DNA of 64,000 nucleotides from Methanothrix sp. (GCA_963682135.1 OY821645.1:800001-864000), one strand, 5' to 3'. Counted from the first letter of the stretch, positions 42,010 through 52,627 are shown. The notes: generated by a model from the sequence alone, not told the origin. Program-made: numbers and translations.

Positions 42010-42330
42010 TATAGCCACTCCCTGTACTGATTCGCCAGCTGCGAGATCCTGTCCGCAATAGTCACCTGCAGCCGGTGGTCCACCTCCGGCATTCCGATGT
42101 TCAGCACATTGCGAGTCTTGCCTCATTCACCTTAGGATGCCATCAGGTAGCTATAGGTATTGCAGCCCTTGCATCTCTTCTTGACCTTTTCCATCTGCCA
42201 CATGGGTCATGCTCTCCAGCCTGGCCTGGAACTTGAGGGCCTCGCCCTCTGCCAGGGCTTTGGCATTCCTGGCCAGCTCGCGGGCTTCCTTTTAGAGGAT
42301 CTGACGGCGGTCGCCGAGAGAGGGTGCATG
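42010..42330 (-). pseudogene. Degraded small gene (coiled coil plus YxYxxA-rich module)
   Basis: Frames read LGDRRQIL*KEARELARNAKALAEGEALKFQARLE and WQMEKVKKRCKGCNTYSYLMAS*GE*GKTRNV, with stops and frameshifts. Confidence 0.45.
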
Positions 42331-42465
42331 AGTGATGGTTAGATAGAATTGTATTTCAATCTAAACAAAAAGTTATAAGAAGAAGTGCATACAAAATCAG
42401 CTTGTCCATCGGTGGGCTAATGCTATCAAAATCTTGTACCTAAAGGGGGTAAGAAGACGAATCAG

Positions 42466-44400
42466 TTGATTCTAATGGGCATAGCAGTTATATTTGTGGT
42501 CACCGCAACCGTTCTGGTTGCACCCATAGAAGCTGCACAACCTTTGAACGGCACCGAAAATAATACATCTCTAAGCCTTGATCCGAGCAAGATCACCGAG
42601 ACCTGGAATCTATCATATCTCTACAAGGACAGGTACGCTGCCAAGGTAGAGTATGAACGGCTGAATATGACAGTAAATGAGATCAACCAGACCTTCCGGC
42701 CAAAGTTCAACAATCTTACCGGAACGACCTTGCTTGACTATATTCAGAACGACGAAAATTACTCAAAATCATTTAATGTTCTATACGCATATGCAAATGC
42801 ACAGAACAGCCTGAATGTTAATGATTTATTCTTCCAAGAATTCCTTTCAAACGCCCAGAATCTCTCCACACAATATGCAAAGTCCAACTCCTTTGCCGAT
42901 GTGCTGCTGAAATCGCTTCCAAAATCCAAATGGGACAGGTTATTTGCTGAGGAGCCGCGACTGGAAAAATACCGCCCCTATCTTGAGGCTAACTACATCC
43001 GATTTGTGGACCATCGACCCAAGAATGAGACCCATGCTGCATATCTAGCTGACCTCTCAAATCAGCTCATGAAACTTGATACCAACGCAGAGAAGCTGAT
43101 CACCAATAATGTAACCAAAGCAGGGAACATAACTCTTGAAAACGGCAAGCAATACCCTGTCAACTTCTCATCTTACTATGATCTTCTCATGACAAATAAA
43201 GATAGGAATGATCGAAAGAAATGCTACGATAAACGTTATTACCATCTTTTCAATGAATCAAGTGAAATGGGAGACATCTATGTCATCAAATCAAAGCTTG
43301 ATGATAAGTATGCGACAGAGCTGAACTACTCTGATGCTTACGATGCCATGATGTTCGGCTCATATCTTAATGCATCACAGATTGATGAGATGAACCAGGT
43401 ACTCAAGGAGCGAAGAGGGGATTTCGATAGATATTATGAGTTTCGCAAGGCCAAGATGGGCATCCAAGAGCTTGCACCCTATGACCTCTTCCTTCAGCTT
43501 ATGAAGAATCCTGACAAAAAAACCAACTATACAGATGCCGCTATGGAGATATACGCATCACTTGCGTTGATGGACCCGGCATTTGATCAGGCGTTTATAA
43601 AGACGGTCACCAGCAATTCAATTGATGTTTATCCGAATCCGGATCATGGAAAACAATCCATACAATATGCTCAGGATCTATGTGCACTCAAGCGCCCGGC
43701 GCTCGTATTCCTGAACTACAAAGGGCTGATAGATGACAAATCCACCATAGCTCATGAGATGGGCCATGCAATCGACTTCTATCTAATGGGTCAGTCGCTG
43801 GATTACATCTACTGCAGTGGCACCATTTATGAGATGGAGATACCATCAACATTCAACGAGGAGCTCTTCATGGATTATGCGATCAAGAATTACGACAGAG
43901 ATAGCGCCATTGCAGTCCTGGCAAGTCATATCTACAATTATGCCAGAACAATGCCTCGCCAAGCCATGATCACTGAGTTTGAACATAAGGCCCATCAGCT
44001 TGTCAGTCAGAAGGGAAATGTCAGTGGATCTGATCTGAACGCTCTATGGGACGGCATTGCAAATGAATATAAGAGCGACGTAGTTACCTACTATCCAAGG
44101 ATCGAGCCTGAATGGCCTTATATCAGCCATATCTACTTCACAGATAATTATTACACCTTCAACTATGCTCTCTCAGAAGCTATAACACTGTCACTCTTCA
44201 AGATGTACAAGGAGAATCCTGAGGAGTTTAACAGGAACTATTTCGCATACTTATCTGCAGGCACAACTATGACTCCGCCGGAGAAGCTAAAGAAATACTT
44301 CGGATTGGAGATCAACAGAAAGCTCTTCGAGGACGCCATGGACATTGTGAAACTCAGGGTAAATCAGCTGGAGGAACTGAACAACGAGACATCGAGCTGA
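42466..44400 (+). CDS. pepF: Secreted M3B oligoendopeptidase F-like metallopeptidase
   Basis: HEMGH zinc motif, 'EIPSTFNE', 'HIYFTDNYYTFNYA'; signal peptide. Confidence 0.88.
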   Translation: MILMGIAVIFVVTATVLVAPIEAAQPLNGTENNTSLSLDPSKITETWNLSYLYKDRYAAKVEYERLNMTVNEINQTFRPKFNNLTGTTLLDYIQNDENYSKSFNVLYAYANAQNSLNVNDLFFQEFLSNAQNLSTQYAKSNSFADVLLKSLPKSKWDRLFAEEPRLEKYRPYLEANYIRFVDHRPKNETHAAYLADLSNQLMKLDTNAEKLITNNVTKAGNITLENGKQYPVNFSSYYDLLMTNKDRNDRKKCYDKRYYHLFNESSEMGDIYVIKSKLDDKYATELNYSDAYDAMMFGSYLNASQIDEMNQVLKERRGDFDRYYEFRKAKMGIQELAPYDLFLQLMKNPDKKTNYTDAAMEIYASLALMDPAFDQAFIKTVTSNSIDVYPNPDHGKQSIQYAQDLCALKRPALVFLNYKGLIDDKSTIAHEMGHAIDFYLMGQSLDYIYCSGTIYEMEIPSTFNEELFMDYAIKNYDRDSAIAVLASHIYNYARTMPRQAMITEFEHKAHQLVSQKGNVSGSDLNALWDGIANEYKSDVVTYYPRIEPEWPYISHIYFTDNYYTFNYALSEAITLSLFKMYKENPEEFNRNYFAYLSAGTTMTPPEKLKKYFGLEINRKLFEDAMDIVKLRVNQLEELNNETSS

Positions 44401-44427
44401 AGGAGAGCCACTCTACCTTTTTTTCAA

Positions 44428-44583
44428 GCTATCTTCTCACCCCTAAGTCATGAGGTGGCCCTGGCAGATGAGAGCGATCGGGCCAGGGCCGTATCTGCTT
44501 TGCCTTGCAGCCTTTGCCCCTCGTGCTCGTAGGGGGCAGGCCGCACGTGCATGGGCAGCCTTCCGCCTTTGTCGTCCAATTCA
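44428..44583. repeat. GC-rich dispersed element copy with hairpin
   Basis: GCTATCT...TTGTCGTCCAATTC termini like 6244-6363; GGCCCTGGC/GCCAGGGCC stem; CGTGCATGGG shared with the 23825-23922 copy. Confidence 0.4.
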
Positions 44584-44742
44584 GAAAAACGCATGTTCCG
44601 GCCATACACATATAATTCAAAGCGCAAAACCACTTTGCGAAAGGGATTGCAATGAAGCCGCGGTTCAATTAAAAAAATATAAAAAGGCAGGAGCGTTCCT
44701 CTGCCCCCGTTCTTCCGTTTGCAGAAAAGCATCCTCTGCTTT

Positions 44743-45933
44743 TCAGTAGGTGCTCAGCTCACCCTTAAACAGCATCTGCTGCAGCTTGGGGATATTGGCC
44801 AGCCAGTCGTCCAGGATCTGCGCAGCCCCTGCCTCCAGTTTCTTCATGTCCACGCCTTCCTTGGGCACAATCTGCACACTGGCGATATGCGGCTCGTCGA
44901 TGGGCTTGCCGATCTGCGAGAGCATTTTGATGTAGACCTCTTCAATGCCCTGCACCTCGGCAGCTATCTGCCGGGCCGCCTCTGTAGAGAGCAGGTTGTA
45001 AATCTTGCCCACGTGGTTGATGGGATTCTTGCCGCAGGTGGCTTCCAGACTCATGGGTCGATTGGGTGTGATCATACCGTTGGCCCTGTTTCCTCGCCCT
45101 ACCGCCCCGTCGTCTCCCATCTCAGCGGAGGTGCCGGTGACGGTGATGTAGACCGAGCCTTGGTCAACGTTGTCGGCTACATTCATCTGAGCATTCACTT
45201 TTCGCGACGTGAATTGCTTAGCGTACTCAACAATGTGATTGACTATGACGTTCTTGGTGTCCACATATTCCTTGAGGCTGGCCACATGCCGATCAACCAT
45301 GGCGCAGGCGATGGTCAGATTAATGACATCCCCCTGGCGCATGCCCATGACCTTTATGTCCTCGCCTATGGCCGGAACGCTCTTCTTGAGCCTCATCAGC
45401 TCGCGCTCGGTATTGAAGACTATGTTCTCCGTCTCAGAGAGAGGCGCATATCCCACACCGAAAGATGTGTCATTGGCAGAGGGAACCTTGCGGCTGAAGA
45501 CATCCCGCAGATCTGAGGAGCCCATGCCTATCTTGGCATCAAGGATGACGTGATTGTTGACATCCAGGTTGGAGAGCGACTCGCCCAAGAGCTTTCTACC
45601 GGCCTTGATAGCGATGGTATCCACCGGAATCTCCACTTCCTTGAAGACCCGGGTGGCTCGGCCCGTAAGAAGGATATAAAGCGGACAGATGACCTCGCCG
45701 CCTCCGAATGCGGGCTTGGACCGGCCCGCCACAATTTGCGTCTTGTCGGTGTTGTGATGCAGCACCGCTCCAAATCTATCAAGGTATTCCTGGCAAAGGG
45801 CCCGGCTGATGGACTCGGCGAGGCCGTCCGCCACGCTATCCGGGTGTCCAATGCCTTTGCGCTCTACCAGCTCGATCTCCTGCTGCTCCAACGGTCTTTG
45901 ATTGAGGCGTTCAACCTTGATATTTCTCTTCAT
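44743..45933 (-). CDS. mat: Archaeal S-adenosylmethionine synthetase
   Basis: 'ERKGIGHPD', 'ANDTSFG', 'GEDIKVMG', 'GRGNR', '[13 protein letters not shown]'. Confidence 0.96.
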   Translation of the reverse strand: MKRNIKVERLNQRPLEQQEIELVERKGIGHPDSVADGLAESISRALCQEYLDRFGAVLHHNTDKTQIVAGRSKPAFGGGEVICPLYILLTGRATRVFKEVEIPVDTIAIKAGRKLLGESLSNLDVNNHVILDAKIGMGSSDLRDVFSRKVPSANDTSFGVGYAPLSETENIVFNTERELMRLKKSVPAIGEDIKVMGMRQGDVINLTIACAMVDRHVASLKEYVDTKNVIVNHIVEYAKQFTSRKVNAQMNVADNVDQGSVYITVTGTSAEMGDDGAVGRGNRANGMITPNRPMSLEATCGKNPINHVGKIYNLLSTEAARQIAAEVQGIEEVYIKMLSQIGKPIDEPHIASVQIVPKEGVDMKKLEAGAAQILDDWLANIPKLQQMLFKGELSTY

Positions 45934-46031
45934 GACCTTTCCTCGATTTTCCTCGATTAATATCGTACAACAATACTCTGGCTAACAGAATTGCAATATC
46001 TTATTAAGGCTTTGCACCGGGGATTTGCCCG

Positions 46032-46823
46032 TTACTGCGTGAGTCCCACTCGCCACTTGAGCATCTTATCCTCTACCACATAGCGGAAGGTACGATCGAT
46101 GGCCAGGCCCAAGAGGCCCAGTACAATCATGTACATGAATACCTCATCCATGCGGTAATGGCCGTAAGAGTCCCAGATCTTGAAGCCGAGACCATTCTTG
46201 CTTACCCCGAACATCTCGGCGGCCACAAGACACATCCAGGCAATTCCCATGGCGATTCTTATGCCGGCTGCGATGGAGGGTAGAGCATAAGGCAGAGCCA
46301 CATATCTTATCAGATCAAGATCCTTCGTGGCACCCAAGACTTTTGCCGACTCGACATATACTCGAGGCAGGCTCTTGAAGCCCACATAGGTGTTGATCAA
46401 TATAGGAAAGACAGCTCCTATGAAGATAATAAAACCTGCTGCGACGTTGGTTATTCCAAACCAGATGATGGCAAATGGAATCCAGGCTAAAGGTGGAATG
46501 GGGCGCAAGATCTCCACAATTGGGTCCAAAATATTGTCAAGAAACTTGTTCCATCCCATGATCATTCCCACGGGCAGAGCAATTACCAGGCCCCCGGCCA
46601 TGCCGATGGCAAAATGAAGAGAGCTTACGGGCAGATCCTCTGTTAAAATCGACCACCAGTTATCCAGAAATGCGGCTATCACCTGGAGAAAGCTGGGCAA
46701 GGTCAATTGATCATTGACCAGATAGGCAGCCAACTGCCAGATGGCTATCAATCCAAAAATAGAGAGGGCAGAAATGCCCTGATTTCTCAGGACATTTATG
46801 GACCTACTGACTCTTTTCTTCAC
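46032..46823 (-). CDS. SsuC/TauC/NitT-family ABC permease
   Basis: 'LRPIPPLAWIP', EAA-like loop, 'LVAAEM'. Confidence 0.9.
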   Translation of the reverse strand: MKKRVSRSINVLRNQGISALSIFGLIAIWQLAAYLVNDQLTLPSFLQVIAAFLDNWWSILTEDLPVSSLHFAIGMAGGLVIALPVGMIMGWNKFLDNILDPIVEILRPIPPLAWIPFAIIWFGITNVAAGFIIFIGAVFPILINTYVGFKSLPRVYVESAKVLGATKDLDLIRYVALPYALPSIAAGIRIAMGIAWMCLVAAEMFGVSKNGLGFKIWDSYGHYRMDEVFMYMIVLGLLGLAIDRTFRYVVEDKMLKWRVGLTQ

Positions 46824-47859
46824 CTAACACCTTCTCGTAGAGGCTGGTATCAAAGAGATCCTTCTCAGTCAGCTCCCTCTTGGTATACTTCATCTTGTAG
46901 TCGACCTTTGCATACTCAACAGTCGATGGCACCTGAACCTGCGGATCGCTGACCCACTTACCATCCCAGTTCTTTACAGAATACTCAATCTCTGTGAGGT
47001 TGGCTTTGGTTTTTTTGGCATATATCTGGGCGGCCTCCTCGGGATTGGCATTGATGTAGTCGGTTGCCTTGATATGAGTCCTTATGATCTGCTCTACCAA
47101 TTCGGGCTGCTCTTTGATGAGCTTGTCTGTGACCACCAGGCTGCAACAGGCGTGGTTCGGCCACATCTCGCCCGAGGCTACAACGTGTTTGCCCTTGCCT
47201 TTCAGCTCTACTATGGATGGCGACGGTTGCGGCAGGAAGACACCATCGATCTTGCCTGCGGACAGAGCACTGATGGCAGGTCCCGGGTCCATGGCTTTAA
47301 TGTCGACCTTCGAGACATCCACCCCATTATCCATGAGCCATTTCTTCATGACAGTGTCCTGAATAGATCCGGGCGGGAATGTGCCAACGGAAAGGCCTGC
47401 CAATGATGCCGGTCCATTGTAGGCAAGATCCGGCCTGAGGACCAAATCCGAGCCATTGATATTGACGGCAGCTACTATCTTGGCCGGCAGTCCCGCAGAT
47501 ATGGCAGATATGGGTGGAGCAGTTCCCACATAAGCTATATCCAGCTCTCCGGCGACCATGGCTTGCATCTCCGGAACTCCAGTGGGGAACTCAAACTCCT
47601 TGATCTCAGTTATGCCGAAGGGCAGCAAATCTTCGGCCCACCAGCCCTTCTCGGAAGCGACCATCTCTGCAATCTGATGGGTGCTGGGCTGGTAGCCTAT
47701 GCGCAAGGTAGAAATCTTGCCGGGCATCTTCTCTTGAAGAGAGACATTCTCCTTTTGGGTACCATTGGAGACGGCCTCTTTCTTCTCAGGAGATGAGATG
47801 CAGCCCAGCGACATGACTACCACAGCCGCCAGGACGGCCATAATTATGAATTTCTTCAA
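46804..47859 (-). CDS. SsuA/TauA/NrtA-family substrate-binding lipoprotein
   Basis: Lipobox 'SLGC', 'LRIGYQPSTHQ', 'WPNHACC'. Confidence 0.88.
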   Translation of the reverse strand: MKKFIIMAVLAAVVVMSLGCISSPEKKEAVSNGTQKENVSLQEKMPGKISTLRIGYQPSTHQIAEMVASEKGWWAEDLLPFGITEIKEFEFPTGVPEMQAMVAGELDIAYVGTAPPISAISAGLPAKIVAAVNINGSDLVLRPDLAYNGPASLAGLSVGTFPPGSIQDTVMKKWLMDNGVDVSKVDIKAMDPGPAISALSAGKIDGVFLPQPSPSIVELKGKGKHVVASGEMWPNHACCSLVVTDKLIKEQPELVEQIIRTHIKATDYINANPEEAAQIYAKKTKANLTEIEYSVKNWDGKWVSDPQVQVPSTVEYAKVDYKMKYTKRELTEKDLFDTSLYEKVLGEEKSQ

Positions 47860-48052
47860 ATGCGATCACCTGAGTTATCGACTTTGCCAGACCCCAGCGA
47901 ACGATCGGTATAAAGCAGTTTCCAGCCGCTTTGCATTATCTTCACATAATGGACAATAATCAGAGATAATCCCACAATAGTATTAATAGAAAGAGATAGC
48001 AGGGAGAAAAGAGTTTCTAGAAACATATGCTACGACGCTAAATAGAGGCAGA

Positions 48053-49345
48053 GTGTTGTCAATGGTTGGATCGTATTTTGAAATACAGGGCAAGGTTGAG
48101 AACAAAGAGGCCGTGATCATGACGGCTCAGGAGGTCTTTGATCTGGTGGAGGCGGGCGAATCGTCCCGGCTGTGCGAGGTTGACGTTGTCACCACTGCCA
48201 CCCGAGCGGTGATGAGCGGCACCTACGCAGTCCTCTCTTTTCCTGTGGCCGAGCAGGCTACGTTTCTTCGAGCCAGGAGGGCCTGGATCAACGGCATAGC
48301 CACACAGGTCGGCCCCTGTCCTAACGAGAACCTGGGCATCCTGGATTTGATAGTCCTGGGAACGGCCCATAGCCATAGCCGGCCCAATTACGGAGGTGGC
48401 CATCTCTTTCGGGATATGGTGGAGAGAAGGAAAGTTCAGGTCGAGGTGGAGACCGATGATGGACGCAGCCTGCAGGCGGACGTGGGATTGGATGAGATGC
48501 CCCATGCCAGGCTCTTTGGATCGCGTCACGCCTTCAAGAACTACTCGGCCTTTGTCAATGCGGGAGCGGAGATGATCAACACCATATTTCACGCTCGCGG
48601 CTTTGCTCCCCACTGTAAGGAGGCGACATTCTCCGGCTGCGGACAGATTAATCCCCTAAAAAACGACCCGCTTCTAGAGAGCATCGGCATGGGAACGCGC
48701 ATTCTCCTTAACGGAGCCGAGGGGTTTGTCCTCGGCACTGGCACTCGCAGCAGCAAAGAGCGGCCCAATCTGTCCGGCTTTGCCGATATGCACCAGATGG
48801 ATGCCGGGTTGATGGGCGGCTTTGTCACCTCCGCCGGACCGGAGTGCATCTGCTCCTGGGCGGTGCCCATACCCGTTATCAGCAAGACGATTCTGGCAGA
48901 GATTGCCCGGCCCGACCGGGGCATTGCATTACCGGTAAACGATGTCAAGAGCAGAACGGTAATCGCTCGGGCCGATTACGGAGATGTCTGGACGGATGTA
49001 GATCTGCAGGTGGAGTTCGAACCGGAGAACTGCTCTGGCTGCTCCCCTTGCCTGGTGGCGGAGGCCTGCCCCATGCGGGCGATAGAGAGCGACGCTGACG
49101 GAGTCCGGCGCAGCGAGGCGTTATGCTTTAATTGCGGCCTGTGCGCCACTGTATGCCCGTCAGGGGTCTTCTCGTGCCGCCTGGGTGCTATCCGGCTAAA
49201 GACCGCTGCGGGTGCTGCCAAGACTGTGCCGGTGGTGCTGCGCCAATCGGATCGGCTGCGGGCAATCAAGCTGACTGAGGATCTGAAAGAAAGGATCTTA
49301 AACGGCTCTTTCCGAATAGCAGAGCCGGTCGAGCATATCGGATGA
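48053..49345 (+). CDS. Methanogenesis marker 16 metalloprotein (DUF39 plus ferredoxin; proposed ComF)
   Basis: 'VDVVTTATRAVMSGT', 'GPCPNE', 'YGGGHLF', 'SGCGQINP', two C-terminal CxxCxxC clusters; start may be 48119. Confidence 0.85.
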   Translation: MLSMVGSYFEIQGKVENKEAVIMTAQEVFDLVEAGESSRLCEVDVVTTATRAVMSGTYAVLSFPVAEQATFLRARRAWINGIATQVGPCPNENLGILDLIVLGTAHSHSRPNYGGGHLFRDMVERRKVQVEVETDDGRSLQADVGLDEMPHARLFGSRHAFKNYSAFVNAGAEMINTIFHARGFAPHCKEATFSGCGQINPLKNDPLLESIGMGTRILLNGAEGFVLGTGTRSSKERPNLSGFADMHQMDAGLMGGFVTSAGPECICSWAVPIPVISKTILAEIARPDRGIALPVNDVKSRTVIARADYGDVWTDVDLQVEFEPENCSGCSPCLVAEACPMRAIESDADGVRRSEALCFNCGLCATVCPSGVFSCRLGAIRLKTAAGAAKTVPVVLRQSDRLRAIKLTEDLKERILNGSFRIAEPVEHIG

Positions 49346-49362
49346 GATGCCAGTGTATCGCG

Positions 49363-49914
49363 CTATGGCGCAATAGTCCCGATAAACCTCTCTATGATCT
49401 CCTCAGGCGAGAGGGCGATGATGGGGACAGGGGCGTTGCCCTCCTCGACCTTTACTACTATTACAGTATCATCTCCGAACAAGGCCGGAGCCAGGAGGCC
49501 GGGCGGCTCGACCGAGCCTACCTTCTTGACTCCGGCAGCTTTCGCCAGGGCGAAAAGGTCGGTACCAAGATAGGTGCAGGTGGGCTGCGAGCCGGTGGAG
49601 CCGTAGCAGCAGTTGTCCAAAATCACCAGTTGATAATTCTGGGGCGCGTAATGAGCGATACTGGCCAATGTTCCCAGGTTCATGAGCACTGAGCCATCCC
49701 CATCCAGGACCATAACCTTTCTTTCCAGACGAGCCTGAGCCAGGCCCAGGCCGATGGAGGAGGCGAGGCCCATGGAACCGAGCATGTAAAAATTTTCCGG
49801 GCGATCCCTGACCGAGAAAAGCTCCCGGCTGGGAAAACCGATGTTGCAGACCAGCAACGCATCCTGGGCGGCTGCGGCCTCTGCCGCCAGGGCTATGGCT
49901 TCGATCCTCTTCAT
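49363..49914 (-). CDS. comE: Sulfopyruvate decarboxylase beta subunit
   Basis: 'NIGFPSREL', 'FYMLGSMG', TPP motif 'DGDGSVLMN...LDN'. Confidence 0.92.
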   Translation of the reverse strand: MKRIEAIALAAEAAAAQDALLVCNIGFPSRELFSVRDRPENFYMLGSMGLASSIGLGLAQARLERKVMVLDGDGSVLMNLGTLASIAHYAPQNYQLVILDNCCYGSTGSQPTCTYLGTDLFALAKAAGVKKVGSVEPPGLLAPALFGDDTVIVVKVEEGNAPVPIIALSPEEIIERFIGTIAP

Positions 49915-50411
49915 TTTTGTCTCCAGAAATCGAGATCCAAAAGCACAGCCGTGGGCTTTCTCTCTTTTTCGGCCCTCTCCCAGGCACGAGCCACCGTCTC
50001 CTCCGCCTGTTCAGGCTGAGGCGAAAAATGCAGGATGCCCATGGCGTCCAAAAGGGGCACGGTGAGCCGTCCCATGGGCACCTGACCGATAATAGGCTCG
50101 CCCACGCCGCCGCGATGGCTTATGATCATGAGCAGCGGAATGCCGTAGAGCATGTCCAGCGAAGCAAGAGCATTGATGCAGTTTCCCAGGCCCGAGTTTT
50201 GCATGAGCAACGCGGGCCGTCGCCCGCCCATCCAGGCTCCGGCGCAAATTCCCACGCCCTCCTCCTCGCGGGTGACAGGCAGATGAATAATCTCCGGATC
50301 GCTTCTTACCAGAGCGAGCAGCTCCTGTAGGTTGACGCATGGCACTGAGGTTGCGAAGTTGATGCCAGCGCGCTTGAGACCCTGATATATAGCTTGTGTC
50401 GAAGATGGCAT
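49911..50411 (-). CDS. comD: Sulfopyruvate decarboxylase alpha subunit
   Basis: 'SVPCV', 'TREEEGVGICAG', 'MQNSGLGN', 'GQVPMG'. Confidence 0.92.
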   Translation of the reverse strand: MPSSTQAIYQGLKRAGINFATSVPCVNLQELLALVRSDPEIIHLPVTREEEGVGICAGAWMGGRRPALLMQNSGLGNCINALASLDMLYGIPLLMIISHRGGVGEPIIGQVPMGRLTVPLLDAMGILHFSPQPEQAEETVARAWERAEKERKPTAVLLDLDFWRQK

Positions 50412-50555
50412 ATTGCTCTTGCCAATATCTGCTGTTTTTAATTGATCAATTCTATCCGGGTGGTTCTCAGTATTTTCTTCGCCTGCTCTTCTACTTCAAT
50501 TACCATTAGCTTGCATCTTAACTATTTAACTTGTAGGATCGCGAAGGACGAAGGG

Positions 50556-50588
50556 GAAGTCCCCATCCTTCAGGACGCGGTAGTTCAC
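50556..50588 (+). mobile_element. Orphan IS200/IS605-family right-end remnant
   Basis: GAAGTCCCCATCCTTCAGGACGCGGTAGTTCAC resembles the GAAGCCCC..CTTCAGG..GGGGTAGTTCAC subterminal hairpin/end of TnpB elements; no tnpA or tnpB nearby. Confidence 0.5.
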
Positions 50589-50695
50589 CAACCAGGACCT
50601 TAGTACCAGGACATTTTTGAAACGTCAATACACAATGTTTAATAATGATTAATACTAACAAATACTGGAGAAAATAACTCAGGAGTTGATTGAAT

Positions 50696-51511
50696 ATGCC
50701 CGTGTCAGGAAGGGAAATCGCAACCTTGGATTTTGCGAATCTTATCGGCGGACCCTTGAACGCCGTTGTTGAAGCACAGGCAAAGTCAGCCATAACCACG
50801 GCCAATTTTATAAAGGAAGTAGGTTTTACAAAAGATGGAAAAGTAATTAATGTTGATTTTACATATAACCGTAAAAACGACGATGGAGAAGACCAGCAGT
50901 TCACGCTAACTGTTCCATTCCTTACAATGTTGCCTGTGCCATATATTTCGATAGTAGATGCAGTAATGGAATTCAACGCCAAGATCACCTCTATCAATGA
51001 GTCCCATATGGAGGATAACTTTTCGCAGCAGTTGGATGTAGAGGCAGGAGGAAAGTTATGGTTTATTACCGCCAAGGTACAATCAAAGACTGCGTACCAG
51101 AAGAAGAGCGCTACCTCTGAGAGAGAGGAGCGCACTTTCGACATGCATGTACGTGTTGAAGCAAAGAACCAAGACATGCCATCAGGTACAGAACGCATAC
51201 TTACCCTTCTGGAAAATTCAATCGGCGAAAAGAAAGGGCCGCGTGTGGCGATTTTGAGGATTTTGTCAAGAGATAAGGCAACTATAAAAGTCGAAACCGA
51301 TAGGGACCTCGATGCTCTAAAGGGCCTTACTTTCTCTGCAACGGGTGCTGACAATAAGGCCAATGAATTTAAGATAGAAACCGTTGATAAGGATCGTAAT
51401 ACAATCACACTTAACGGGGAAATAAACAATTCATATCTATTCAAGAGCATCGATGTACCGCTTGGACCACCGCTTAAATCAAAAGAAGAAACATCAACAG
51501 AAAAAAAATGA
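50696..51511 (+). CDS. DUF2589-like protein
   Basis: 'LDFANLIGGPLNAVVEAQ', 'LTVPFLTMLPVPYISI', followed by an extra C-terminal beta domain. Confidence 0.75.
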   Translation: MPVSGREIATLDFANLIGGPLNAVVEAQAKSAITTANFIKEVGFTKDGKVINVDFTYNRKNDDGEDQQFTLTVPFLTMLPVPYISIVDAVMEFNAKITSINESHMEDNFSQQLDVEAGGKLWFITAKVQSKTAYQKKSATSEREERTFDMHVRVEAKNQDMPSGTERILTLLENSIGEKKGPRVAILRILSRDKATIKVETDRDLDALKGLTFSATGADNKANEFKIETVDKDRNTITLNGEINNSYLFKSIDVPLGPPLKSKEETSTEKK

Positions 51512-51597
51512 GAGAATCGGCTGAATCCTAGCTAAGTGGAGTAGGGCCGTTGGAAATCGCAGTTCTGCGGCCTCTATTTATTTGCTGAGGTGCAGAG

Positions 51598-52626
51598 ATG
51601 GACGAAAAAGCGAAAACAAGATTATCCGATGTACTTGGGGCATTTGTCACCAGCGTGGCTTATGGCAGAAACGTCTCTGATGTGCAAGCGCTGCGCATAG
51701 CTCTCAACTACCAAAAAAATGTTCTTCTGGAGGGGCTCCCTGTTCCCAGGCTCAGATTGTCTCAGGTAAGCATAAGTCTACCTGTTATTTTAACGGAAGT
51801 ATTGCCTGGAGAGCCACCAAAATGGAATCATCCGAAAGACATCACTAAGGTTGCAACCACCTCTTTTCAAACAGAGATTGAGGATGAATTGAAACGCCTT
51901 GAATATTTGGAACGATTAAAAAATCCAATTAAAGAGGAGAAGGATTTATACGAGCGATATAAACGATTCTTGCAGTTTGCAAAAAATCCACAAGACTATA
52001 TAAATTATATAAGGAAGGATCAAGAAAGAAATAAGACATATGAAAAGGAATTCGGCGCAGAGAAAATTACCCCTGCTTATGAGAGCTTTGAAAAAGTTCT
52101 GCTTTCGAGGTTGAATCGTGCTTTTTTAAAACTGGAGATGGATGATAGTTCAAATATCGATGCCGCTATTCGCTACAAAGTGGGAGAGACTGTAGAGAGT
52201 GCCTTTCGCGATGTAATGAGCGAGTTCTTCTTCCGTTATGCGGAACTTAGAATTAAAGTGGAAAAAATAGAACCCCAACAAAAAACGGAAATATTTGGCT
52301 CGGAACAAGAATCTGAGCAAATGACCGCCGATATCCGTCCTAAATTTGATGAGAAAATGGCAAGAAAAGGCTCAGAAAAAATCATGGAATCTGAGATTAC
52401 AGAACGAATGATCGCCGATATTCGTCCGCTGGTCGAGAAAGCAGCGATAGATAAGCCAAGCATTCCACCGGATTTCTATGTAGAGGTGGATACAGACAGC
52501 ATCAAAAATGCCGGTGGAGGGCCAGAGGCAGTCACGCGGCTGAGTATCGTTATGCACGAAGAGGGCCTTGAGTGGCTGTCCGAAGAACAAAATGGATTAA
52601 AGACCAAAAAGTTGGTGCCGGAATAA
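51598..52626 (+). CDS. Hypothetical protein with DUF2589-like N-terminus and charged helical insert
   Basis: 'LSDVLGAFVTSVAYGR...LPVPRLRLSQVSISLP' parallels the upstream gene. Confidence 0.55.
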   Translation: MDEKAKTRLSDVLGAFVTSVAYGRNVSDVQALRIALNYQKNVLLEGLPVPRLRLSQVSISLPVILTEVLPGEPPKWNHPKDITKVATTSFQTEIEDELKRLEYLERLKNPIKEEKDLYERYKRFLQFAKNPQDYINYIRKDQERNKTYEKEFGAEKITPAYESFEKVLLSRLNRAFLKLEMDDSSNIDAAIRYKVGETVESAFRDVMSEFFFRYAELRIKVEKIEPQQKTEIFGSEQESEQMTADIRPKFDEKMARKGSEKIMESEITERMIADIRPLVEKAAIDKPSIPPDFYVEVDTDSIKNAGGGPEAVTRLSIVMHEEGLEWLSEEQNGLKTKKLVPE

Positions 52627-52627
52627 G

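Noticed and set aside
44719-45516. 265-aa plus-strand ORF and similar long antisense ORFs (12621-13355, 53365-54111, 58857-59489)
   Set aside because: Shadows of clearly identifiable genes on the opposite strand in GC-rich coding DNA.
50518-51450. 310-aa minus-strand ORF
   Set aside because: Antisense shadow of the DUF2589-like gene, with an unnatural Ser/Phe-rich composition.
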